A stretch of 12,569 nt of DNA from a virus, in IMG/VR virus record IMGVR_UViG_3300020216_000004; one strand, 5' to 3'. The position numbers were made by a program, and so were the translations under genes. The notes under the pieces were generated by a model, which was not told the origin of the DNA, searched no databases, and was given only the letters and a program-made list of their open reading frames with translations. Shown here one piece after another: positions 6,179 to 12,569 of this stretch (the stretch's first letter is position 1; each line of letters starts with the position of its first letter).

Positions 6179-7525
6179 TTACTCTACTTCTACTTCTTCC
6201 TTGTCTTCTTCTTCCTCTTCTTCAGGTTCTTCTAGAATCTCTTCTAAGTCTTCTACTAAGTCCTCTTTGTCTTCCTCTTCAACTGGTTCATCAGTCTCTA
6301 AGGTTTCCTCTAAGTCCTCTTCAAAGTCTTCTACATCCTCTTTAAGCTCTACATCCTCAATATCTACAGTATCTTGTTCAGGTAACTCTTCTACTTCCTG
6401 CTCAGGTAGTTCTTCAGAAGTATCTTGAATAGGTAAGTCCTCTACTTCTTGTTCAGGTAGTTCTGAGTCGTATTCTAGGTCTAATATAACCTCTTCAGTT
6501 TCTTCTACAGGGTTAACTTCATCTTGCTCCTCAAACTCTTCAGAAGCCTCATAATCACCTTTTAAGAAACTGTCAGAAATCTCTCTAGCTTCATCTATAC
6601 TGATACCTTCATTACCTTCTTCGTTAAGCGTGTTAACCTCGTCTTGGTTCTCTCTATAGTCAGTCCATGAAGAGCTTAGCTTAACTGTAATGTTTTGGTC
6701 GAACATCTCGTTAACCTCTTCTATAGCTTCCTTACGATGGGATAACATATCATCAATTAGAGGGTATAAGCTTTCACTATTTACCTGTACTTCATCAGTA
6801 ATTAAACGCTCTTTCTTCATGTTGTTATTAGCATTTAAACCAATCTCGTTGTACATAGTAGCTTTAAGGTACTGTTGAAACTCTACAAGGTCACTAATAT
6901 TAGTTTTAGAACCTTCACCAACTGCGTTTGATTTCAAACTATCGAATAGCTTATTCTCAAAGATATATCCTAAGTTACCCTTTTCAATGTTATCTAAGTA
7001 CTCTTTAGCTGACTCAGCTGTATTATCATCAGCAACCGAAATCATGTTATTGATACGGTTATTGAATGTAGTTAACATCATAGTAATCTCATTTTCATTC
7101 ATGAAAGTACCATACTTAGAGTAGATAGGAACTAACCCCATAAGCATATAGTCATTTTTCATAAGTACTATGTCTTCACCAATTTTAAGGTTACCATTGT
7201 AGTTAAGGTAAGGGTTTGAGACTGTAAATAAAGTTGGTTTTCCATATACGTTAGGCTCTCCACCTAGTCCACCATAGAAGGCATATAGTTCTCCTTCTAC
7301 CTTAGTTAACCCCGCGTAACCGTTTGTCTGTAGCAGGCGTTCTAACTCTTTAGCAGGTAGTGAATCGGGTAACCCTTCATACTCAAACATCTGTAAAGAC
7401 CTGTTAAGCATGTAGTTTACATGGTTTCTTACGTTGATTTGCTTATCATCATACTGGTACTTAATACCTTTAATACCATTGTATAAGCCCCAATCATATC
7501 GCTCATTGTATTTGCTTTTACTCAT
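6179..7525 (-). CDS. Portal / upper collar connector (448 aa), phi29 gp10-like core plus a polyacidic C-terminal extension
   Basis: LQMFEYEGLPDSLP parallels recalled gp10 YQLFEWENLPPTINP, and NMKKERLITDEV parallels LEKKERMVTDEV. The start is AAGGAGCGTATAT-ATG, overlapping the ATPase stop. The homologous core ends near aa 285, and aa 291-448 are about half Asp/Glu. Confidence 0.9.
   Translation of the reverse strand: MSKSKYNERYDWGLYNGIKGIKYQYDDKQINVRNHVNYMLNRSLQMFEYEGLPDSLPAKELERLLQTNGYAGLTKVEGELYAFYGGLGGEPNVYGKPTLFTVSNPYLNYNGNLKIGEDIVLMKNDYMLMGLVPIYSKYGTFMNENEITMMLTTFNNRINNMISVADDNTAESAKEYLDNIEKGNLGYIFENKLFDSLKSNAVGEGSKTNISDLVEFQQYLKATMYNEIGLNANNNMKKERLITDEVQVNSESLYPLIDDMLSHRKEAIEEVNEMFDQNITVKLSSSWTDYRENQDEVNTLNEEGNEGISIDEAREISDSFLKGDYEASEEFEEQDEVNPVEETEEVILDLEYDSELPEQEVEDLPIQDTSEELPEQEVEELPEQDTVDIEDVELKEDVEDFEEDLEETLETDEPVEEEDKEDLVEDLEEILEEPEEEEEEDKEEVEVE
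6365..6466 (-). repeat. Tandem 2 x 51-nt (17-aa) repeat inside the acidic portal tail
   Basis: SELPEQEVEDLPIQDTS is followed by EELPEQEVEELPEQDTV (aa 354-387). On the plus strand, 6388..6413 and 6439..6464 match at 23 of 26 nt. Confidence 0.85.
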
Positions 7526-7536
7526 ATATACGCTCC

Positions 7537-8667
7537 TTATAGTTGTTTACTAACGTTTAAGTAGTTATTAACTGAATCTCCTACATCATTATCTTGATAG
7601 AACACTTTATCAGTATCAAAGAAATACTTAATGTTTTTACCTAGCTTGTTAACTGGTTTATGAATACTTCTTTGATAGTTGAACTTGTGACTGAACTCTA
7701 AGCTGTAAATGATGTCTTCGTCTTCATCCTTGATTGGTGTTGTCTTATCATGAATGAATGTAAACATCTCATTATCTACCTCTATGATTTCACATTGATA
7801 AATGAATCCATCAAACTTAATAAAGTAGGTTAGTAAGATATCTTTAGCTTTATATTTAACTGGTAAGTGAGGGTAGATATCTAATTCCCATGCACCATCT
7901 GTAATCATGTTTAACTTAGGGTTATCAAAGGCAAAGTAGAAGTTATTCTTTTTATTTTTTGATGTTGATTGTGCATACTCTACTGCTACCTTTAAGTTAG
8001 AATCCCCATATGTGTAGAGGTCTATAGTTCCCTGGTCTTGCTTATGGATATGCTTAAGCCCCATCTCGTTAAAGTAAGGGCTGTACTTATTAACCGTGTT
8101 ACCTAGCATGAATATCGTTACATCTTTACGTTGGCGTATAATCGTACTCAACGTATTCATGAAGAGTACAAACTCATCCTTTAAGTACATACCTCTGGTT
8201 AAGAACTCATCAAAGAGTATTGTCTTAATATTAGGGTAAGAGAATGATTTGTTATGTTCTGTATCTGACAAAGCAAACACATAGGCAAAGATATCACTAT
8301 CGCTGTATACCGCTCTACCTTCATCATCGTAGTTACAGAAGTAGAATCTACCTGAGTAATAGGTAATACCTTCAAACTTACCATCACTAATCTTATAGAT
8401 TTCATCGTTGGCAATTAGGGCACTAAAGATTTCACTAGCTCTTTTACCCTTAATGTCTTCTTGCCACCGTCTAAGGAGGGCTAACTGCCCGCCATTTTCA
8501 AAGTATACCTCTATAGCATGCTTCAGTACTGCGTATGTCTTACCATTGGAACGTTCCCCGAATATAACGTTATAAACTGCTTTTTTAGATAGAATAGCGT
8601 TCAGGTTATAGTAGCTATCCTGTTTATTTTTAGGTTTGTCTTTTTTGCTTGTATCTGTTTGTACCAT
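7537..8667 (-). CDS. DNA encapsidation ATPase, phi29 gp16-like (376 aa from the preferred start)
   Basis: Walker A is GERSNGKT (8536..8559). Walker B YPNIKTILFDEFL matches recalled gp16 YPNVSTIVFDEFI, and NKYSPYF matches VVNPYF. I prefer the ATG at 8665..8667 (GGAGGTTATCAG-ATG) over the ORF-track ATG at 8709. The 8709 start has no SD and lies upstream of the TGCTATATT element at 8690..8698. Confidence 0.9.
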   Translation of the reverse strand: MVQTDTSKKDKPKNKQDSYYNLNAILSKKAVYNVIFGERSNGKTYAVLKHAIEVYFENGGQLALLRRWQEDIKGKRASEIFSALIANDEIYKISDGKFEGITYYSGRFYFCNYDDEGRAVYSDSDIFAYVFALSDTEHNKSFSYPNIKTILFDEFLTRGMYLKDEFVLFMNTLSTIIRQRKDVTIFMLGNTVNKYSPYFNEMGLKHIHKQDQGTIDLYTYGDSNLKVAVEYAQSTSKNKKNNFYFAFDNPKLNMITDGAWELDIYPHLPVKYKAKDILLTYFIKFDGFIYQCEIIEVDNEMFTFIHDKTTPIKDEDEDIIYSLEFSHKFNYQRSIHKPVNKLGKNIKYFFDTDKVFYQDNDVGDSVNNYLNVSKQL

Positions 8668-8689
8668 CTGATAACCTCCATCACTATAT

Positions 8690-8698
8690 AATATAGCA
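8690..8698 (-). promoter_or_regulatory. Extended -10 element TGCTATATT upstream of the ATPase gene
   Basis: The minus strand reads CAGGTGCTATATTATATAGTGATGGAGG, between the polymerase stop (8724) and the ATPase SD (8675..8679). Confidence 0.5.
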
Positions 8699-8723
8699 CC
8701 TGAGTTCATCTAATCTGCTTAGA

Positions 8724-10865
8724 CTAGATAGCCCTTGTTAGTTTCTCACCTTCATAGATATACCCTTTACGGTATCTTTCAATCAATTGAGTTTGTTTCT
8801 CTAAAGGTGATAACGTAAATTCAGCATTCTCTAGGTGTATACCTGATTTAGTGTAGACTGCTTCTTTTACCCCTCTATAATCGGTTATCACAAACTGCTT
8901 AATGTCATCAATGTAAACGTGATTCATATTACCTGTATCTTCAGCAGGGATAGATAAGCTCTTATTAAAGTTGTTAAACACGTTCGTGTTGTCTCCAAAG
9001 GTTCTCTGAAGGTAAGATAAGCCCTTGTCCTTACTTAAGCCTGCTAAGGTCATTTCTAGGTCTCCTGTAGCCTTATCTTCAACTAGATACTGCTTAGCTC
9101 CTAGTGCTTTAAAACGGCTGTATTTACCGTCTAATTCCCATGTACCTATAAGTTTCTTTTCACCGTATTTGTTCTCGGGTCTAAGTCTCTCAAAGTCTAT
9201 CGTGAAAGACTCATCACTAACGGGTTTATTTAGGGTATCTACCATCTTCTTAAGCTTCATTTCAATCATCTTGTTATACTGTTCAAAGAAGCCTTCATGC
9301 TTCTCAGGTTCTTTAAGCTTAACTGCGTCTGTATCTGAGTAAACATAGTCATCTTTAAGGTTCAGGATAGCCACCCAAAGGTTTCTGCGGGCATAGGCTG
9401 TTGTCCATACACCCCAAGGGTAATATAAGAAGCGGGAGTGCTTGGTGTTGTATTTCTCAATCTGTTTATCAGGAGTCTCTTCTTCTATGTCCTCAGTCTC
9501 TTCAAAGTCAGGCTGTTTTCTAACTACATCTGTAACGGTCATACCGTATACTGAGTTAAGCATTTCCTTGCTTAGTAAATACTCAGTTTGTCGGTCAGGA
9601 ACGCCTTTATTGATTGTTTTTTTCTCATATAATGTTATAATAGACTTAATAAGGTTTCTAGGTAGATAGTCCTTTTTGAACCTATAAACATTGGCTATTT
9701 GCATAGATTCCCAATCATAGACTTTTTGAATAATCTCAAAGTCTACATCTGTAATTGTGGTTACCAGTTCATCAGCCGAAAACACTCTACCGTTATTTAC
9801 AATCGGTTTTTTAACAACATGGCATTTTGACTCTGATATGTAGTTCTCAAAATCAATCTTACTGATAAGGTCTTTGAATCTTACATCAAAGAGTAAGGCA
9901 TAGCCCTGCTTGATATAATGGTTTAAGTCCTTATCCTTTGTTAGCTTGGTACTGATTCCTTCACTCATAGGGAACTGTTCAGATAGCATAGCGGCAGGGT
10001 AAGAGCTTATCAGGTCATAACTGGCTACATCCTCAATTACCTCATTAGCATAGCTTGGATTAGCGTGTGTGAAACCACCCATAAATCCATCCTTGCTCTT
10101 TTCGTATACATCTCTAGTTAACTGAAGCTTAAGCATTAAGTTTCTATAGTCTGTACGTTTACCCCTACTCGTTTTCTTGTGGTCGGTATTCGTGTAATAA
10201 CAGTTGTGTCGAATGTAATTTCTAACTCTAGCTGTATTGGTTAACGGTATCTTGGATATATTCCCGTATATCCTTCTTTGTTCGTTAATGTAATACAGTA
10301 TAATTAGTACATCATTTCTCATGTACTCTAGCTCTTTAGTGAATAGTACTGTGTTCTGGTGTCTTACCTTAGTATAATCAAGTTCACCTTTGAGTTTCTT
10401 AATCTCATGGTGTACAAGGCTGTCAGCTACATCTGACAAGCTTTTACCGCTTAGTATATAACTATCACGAAACTCTATACCTGATTTAGTGGTGGCTGTG
10501 ATTGGTTTCCTGCTGTCAGTTCCGAAAACTTGCTTCCAGGTAAACCATTTTCTCATGAACTGAAATTCATAAGATAAGTTATGTATATAAACGATAAGCC
10601 TTCTATCTTCCTTTAAGTTGTAAAACTTTTGTAGATAGTTGACTAGTTCACGGAATTGCTTCCAAGTCCTTCCATGAACGATATTCTCATTATTCTTTAT
10701 TCCGAAAGTCCAGGCATACATGAAACCAACTTTTTCACCATCTACAATGGTAGAAGTTGTTTCAACATCGAATGCACATTCAATGTCTACATATGTAGCG
10801 TTGCCTTTTCTTTTGTTTGATTTTATTTCTTTGTGGTCTATGTCTTCCAAATTTAAACCATACAT
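8724..10865 (-). CDS. Protein-primed family-B DNA polymerase (713 aa), phi29 gp2-like
   Basis: Motifs seen: Exo I AFDVETT; Exo II IHNLSYEFQF; Exo III YMRNDVLII; motif A DLISSYPAAM; motif B KEMLNSVYG; motif C YSDTDA (9324..9341, checked at the DNA level); KxY GAKQYLV. Long inserts between motifs A-B and B-C sit where phi29 has TPR1 and TPR2. Confidence 0.95.
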   Translation of the reverse strand: MYGLNLEDIDHKEIKSNKRKGNATYVDIECAFDVETTSTIVDGEKVGFMYAWTFGIKNNENIVHGRTWKQFRELVNYLQKFYNLKEDRRLIVYIHNLSYEFQFMRKWFTWKQVFGTDSRKPITATTKSGIEFRDSYILSGKSLSDVADSLVHHEIKKLKGELDYTKVRHQNTVLFTKELEYMRNDVLIILYYINEQRRIYGNISKIPLTNTARVRNYIRHNCYYTNTDHKKTSRGKRTDYRNLMLKLQLTRDVYEKSKDGFMGGFTHANPSYANEVIEDVASYDLISSYPAAMLSEQFPMSEGISTKLTKDKDLNHYIKQGYALLFDVRFKDLISKIDFENYISESKCHVVKKPIVNNGRVFSADELVTTITDVDFEIIQKVYDWESMQIANVYRFKKDYLPRNLIKSIITLYEKKTINKGVPDRQTEYLLSKEMLNSVYGMTVTDVVRKQPDFEETEDIEEETPDKQIEKYNTKHSRFLYYPWGVWTTAYARRNLWVAILNLKDDYVYSDTDAVKLKEPEKHEGFFEQYNKMIEMKLKKMVDTLNKPVSDESFTIDFERLRPENKYGEKKLIGTWELDGKYSRFKALGAKQYLVEDKATGDLEMTLAGLSKDKGLSYLQRTFGDNTNVFNNFNKSLSIPAEDTGNMNHVYIDDIKQFVITDYRGVKEAVYTKSGIHLENAEFTLSPLEKQTQLIERYRKGYIYEGEKLTRAI

Positions 10866-10883
10866 TAAAGTCTCACCCCTAAC

Positions 10884-11453
10884 CTACATGTCGAACCAAT
10901 CCCAGGTATTAATTTCATTCTCAATGTTCACCTGGTCAGCTTTAGCTTCTTCTATAAGAGCTTCTAGGTGGTCGCTTAGTTCACCTATTTCCAATCCTTC
11001 TCGTTCAGCATAGTTATTGATAAGAGCCCATCTTTCCTGGTACTCCATATATGTTGAATCCGGGTCGTTCTTTTGGTACTGCTCTAGCTTAGAAGCTACA
11101 TCAGCTGTCTCTTTAATCTTATTAGGTAAGTCTCTAATAGAGTTATACTTAATACCCATTCTATCAGCGGTATCTTTAAGTACTCTATTTGCTCCCCTTA
11201 CAAGGCTTGTCTTGGAGTTTAAGAAGTTATCTACCCTGTTGAGTTCTTTTCTAAGTACGTTAACATCAGTTCCCGCTGATGAAAATCGTTCTCCTCCACG
11301 GTAGTTATTCTCATTACTCCAAGACCTGTAAGCAGGCAAGCCTGTTAAGTCATTCTCTTCCAATCGCTTTAACCGTTTATTGGCTTTAGACACCTTACCT
11401 CTTAGTTCATCGGTTAATCGTTTAGCTTCACCTTCCAGTTTTAGCTTCATCAT
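10884..11453 (-). CDS. Candidate terminal (priming) protein, 189 aa
   Basis: It lies immediately upstream of the protein-primed polymerase, as in phi29, Cp-1, PRD1 and Bam35. The start has a strong SD (AAGGAGGAGTTTAATGA-ATGATG). The N-terminus is basic (KVSKANKRLKRLEE) and the C-terminus is acidic and helical. Resemblance to recalled phi29 gp3 is only weak. Confidence 0.5.
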   Translation of the reverse strand: MMKLKLEGEAKRLTDELRGKVSKANKRLKRLEENDLTGLPAYRSWSNENNYRGGERFSSAGTDVNVLRKELNRVDNFLNSKTSLVRGANRVLKDTADRMGIKYNSIRDLPNKIKETADVASKLEQYQKNDPDSTYMEYQERWALINNYAEREGLEIGELSDHLEALIEEAKADQVNIENEINTWDWFDM

Positions 11454-11468
11454 TCATTAAACTCCTCC

Positions 11469-11735
11469 TTATATCTCGAATACATTACTGATAAAGACCT
11501 TCTTATTAAGACCTTTACTGAGGTTATAGTAATGATAGAGGTAATCTATACTGTTGGCATTTCCATGCTCGAAAGCTGATACACTCTTGATGTTAAGGTC
11601 AGTTAACTCTCCAAAATCAGTTAGAGATAACCTTAAGTAATCCTCTCGATACTTCTTACAGAACCTACCTATCTTCTTCATACGTTGTTTCTTATCGTAT
11701 TTACCTACATTCTCTTTAGTAAGTGTGTTATCCAT
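11469..11735 (-). CDS. XRE-like helix-turn-helix DNA-binding protein (88 aa)
   Basis: IGRFCKKYREDYLRLSLTDFGELTDLNIKSVSAFEHGNANS fits the HTH_3/Cro-C1 pattern (R-x(3)-L-S-x(3)-[FL]-x(4)-[VIL]-x(3)-[VIL]-S-x-[FIW]-E-x-G). The start is GGAGGATTAAC-ATG. It is the second gene of the early transcription unit. Confidence 0.6.
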   Translation of the reverse strand: MDNTLTKENVGKYDKKQRMKKIGRFCKKYREDYLRLSLTDFGELTDLNIKSVSAFEHGNANSIDYLYHYYNLSKGLNKKVFISNVFEI

Positions 11736-11745
11736 GTTAATCCTC

Positions 11746-11868
11746 CTATTTAATAGTTTCCCAGTATTCCATCAATTCTACATAAGCAAGTAATCCACCT
11801 GCTGTAAACTTCGCATTACTACGCTCACATAACTTCTTGTAGTCGAATATCATCTGTACGTTAACCAT
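11746..11868 (-). CDS. Small 40-aa ORF, first gene of the early unit (absent from the supplied ORF track)
   Basis: I translated it by hand as MVNVQMIFDYKKLCERSNAKFTAGGLLAYVELMEYWETIK. The start is AAGGAGGTATTGA-ATG. Its TAG stop abuts the SD of the HTH gene. No family was recognised. Confidence 0.45.
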   Translation of the reverse strand: MVNVQMIFDYKKLCERSNAKFTAGGLLAYVELMEYWETIK

Positions 11869-11901
11869 TCAATACCTCCTTGTCTATGACCTCTTATACC
11901 T

Positions 11902-11930
11902 AATATAGCATAACTACTCTAGTAATCTAA
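11902..11930 (-). promoter_or_regulatory. Candidate early promoter: TTAGAT, 17-nt spacer, (TGC)TATATT
   Basis: The minus strand reads TTCTTAGATTACTAGAGTAGTTATGCTATATTAGG, about 27 nt upstream of the SD of the first ORF. A consensus TTGACA also lies further upstream (11951..11956) but has no good -10 partner. Confidence 0.5.
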
Positions 11931-11993
11931 GAATAGGATAATTATTCTAATGTCAATAGAACACTGCGTACAGATATACAATTACAGTATACC

Positions 11994-12569
11994 ATAAACC
12001 ATACAAAATTACAAGAGGTTATTTATAGTTAATTCTATAGATAACTTCTTTTATTATATCTACATACACCTATATCACATACTACATCTCACAGTCTATA
12101 TAAGCTTGTTGTGAGTGTTTCAATACCTTTGATAGGTAAGTCTTCACCTTGTCTATTCAAACACCTCCTATACACTTCTAATTCATTTCTATTATTATTA
12201 TTCCTAATTACTATTATCTCTAATTCATATAGTTTATTTATTCGTATATATTCAATTATCAGATATCTTATAATAGTTATTATTTATTATTATTTAATTT
12301 AGTTTATTTAATTTATATATTATTATTTATAGTATTCTATCATACCTGTTGTTATCGTGTTTCTAGTAGTTATCTAATTAACTGGTGTTATAGTATTCTA
12401 GTTTATTATTTATAGTTGTTATTATTGTTGAGTTATTCTATATACATTTCCACTGCATATCTTTCTATTATTATATTTTAATTAGTGTTGACTAATATTA
12501 CTCTCATATCTATTGACTCATCATATTCTAATGTGTTATGGGGAATTGTCTGACAATTTACAATAGGGG
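11994..12569. repeat. Right inverted terminal repeat (ITR), 576 bp
   Basis: Exact reverse complement of 1..576 and ends at the last base of the window. The identical 63-aa ORF reported at 268..459(-) and 12111..12302(+) is a by-product of this repeat. Confidence 0.95.
12095..12123 (-). promoter_or_regulatory. Weak inward-facing promoter candidate inside the ITR: TTGAAA, 17-nt spacer, TATAGA (mirror copy 447..475 on the plus strand)
   Basis: Sequence match only. At the right end it would read toward the early genes. At the left end the mirror copy would read antisense into the 3' end of the tail gene. Confidence 0.25.

Noticed and set aside
6201-6428. 75-aa poly-Ser ORF on the plus strand
   Set aside because: It is the antisense shadow of the GAA/GAG-rich acidic portal tail (TTC/CTC read in another frame), with no SD.
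8668-8709. The upstream ATG at 8709 as the ATPase start (ORF-track version, 390 aa)
   Set aside because: It has no SD, and it lies upstream of the TGCTATATT -10 element. The ATG at 8667 has GGAGG 7 nt upstream.
787-11304. Remaining plus-strand ORFs: 787..975, 1390..1653, 2712..2912, 3579..3776, 4876..5106, 5314..5532, 6690..6878, 9025..9342, 9442..9669, 10720..11013, 11017..11304
   Set aside because: All lie antisense within well-supported minus-strand genes, lack SD sequences, and have low-complexity Ser/Leu/Ile-rich translations typical of shadow ORFs.
573-11868. Alternative genetic code (TGA as a sense codon, Mollicutes-type host), prompted by the lack of a lysin and by stop codons that are only TAA (7) and TAG (3)
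   Set aside because: No in-frame TGA occurs in any gene, and every Trp is TGG. A code-4 host's phage would be expected to use TGA for Trp. Ten stop codons in an AT-rich genome are too few to make the absence of TGA meaningful. The strong AGGAGG SDs and the G5 domains fit a walled Gram-positive host.
12485-12569. TTGACT / TATTGAC -35-like boxes near the termini (mirror at 1..85)
   Set aside because: They face outward with only tens of nucleotides left before the genome end and have no good -10 partners. They are more likely origin or protein-binding sequence, or chance matches.
1-12569. tRNA, rRNA, CRISPR arrays, integrase, transposase or IS elements, and temperate-lifestyle markers
   Set aside because: I could not see any cloverleaf-like or repeat-spacer structure, or any recombinase-like ORF. 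The only long repeats are the ITRs.

Overview
The window appears to be a complete, linear, AT-rich 12,569-bp dsDNA phage genome of the phi29-like, protein-primed podophage type, shown in reverse orientation. Perfect 576-bp inverted terminal repeats (1..576 and 11994..12569) run exactly to both window ends. They flank about 11.4 kb of unique sequence, and all ten credible genes lie on the minus strand, tightly packed with AGGAGG-type ribosome-binding sites. Read on the minus strand from the right end, the order is: extended -10 promoter; 40-aa ORF; XRE-like HTH protein; candidate terminal protein; protein-primed family-B DNA polymerase; gp16-like packaging ATPase; gp10-like portal/connector with a roughly 158-aa polyacidic C-terminal extension; a 206-aa low-complexity structural protein; major capsid protein with its own promoter and intrinsic terminator; a 143-aa ORF resembling the N-terminus of the phi29 gp9 tail knob; and a 1059-aa tail protein that ends in a gp9-like C-terminal domain preceded by about 800 aa of repeated modules, including two G5 domains. 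I see no tRNA, rRNA, CRISPR array, integrase, transposase, endolysin, holin, SSB or separate tail-fibre gene. The points most worth follow-up are: (i) the very small gene set with very long ITRs, (ii) the apparently split and expanded tail-knob gene carrying G5 adhesin-type domains, (iii) the hyper-acidic portal tail, (iv) the absence of any recognisable lysis cassette or pRNA, and (v) a TGnTATATT motif found four times, always at gene junctions. All homology statements are by-eye comparisons with sequences recalled from memory and need database confirmation.
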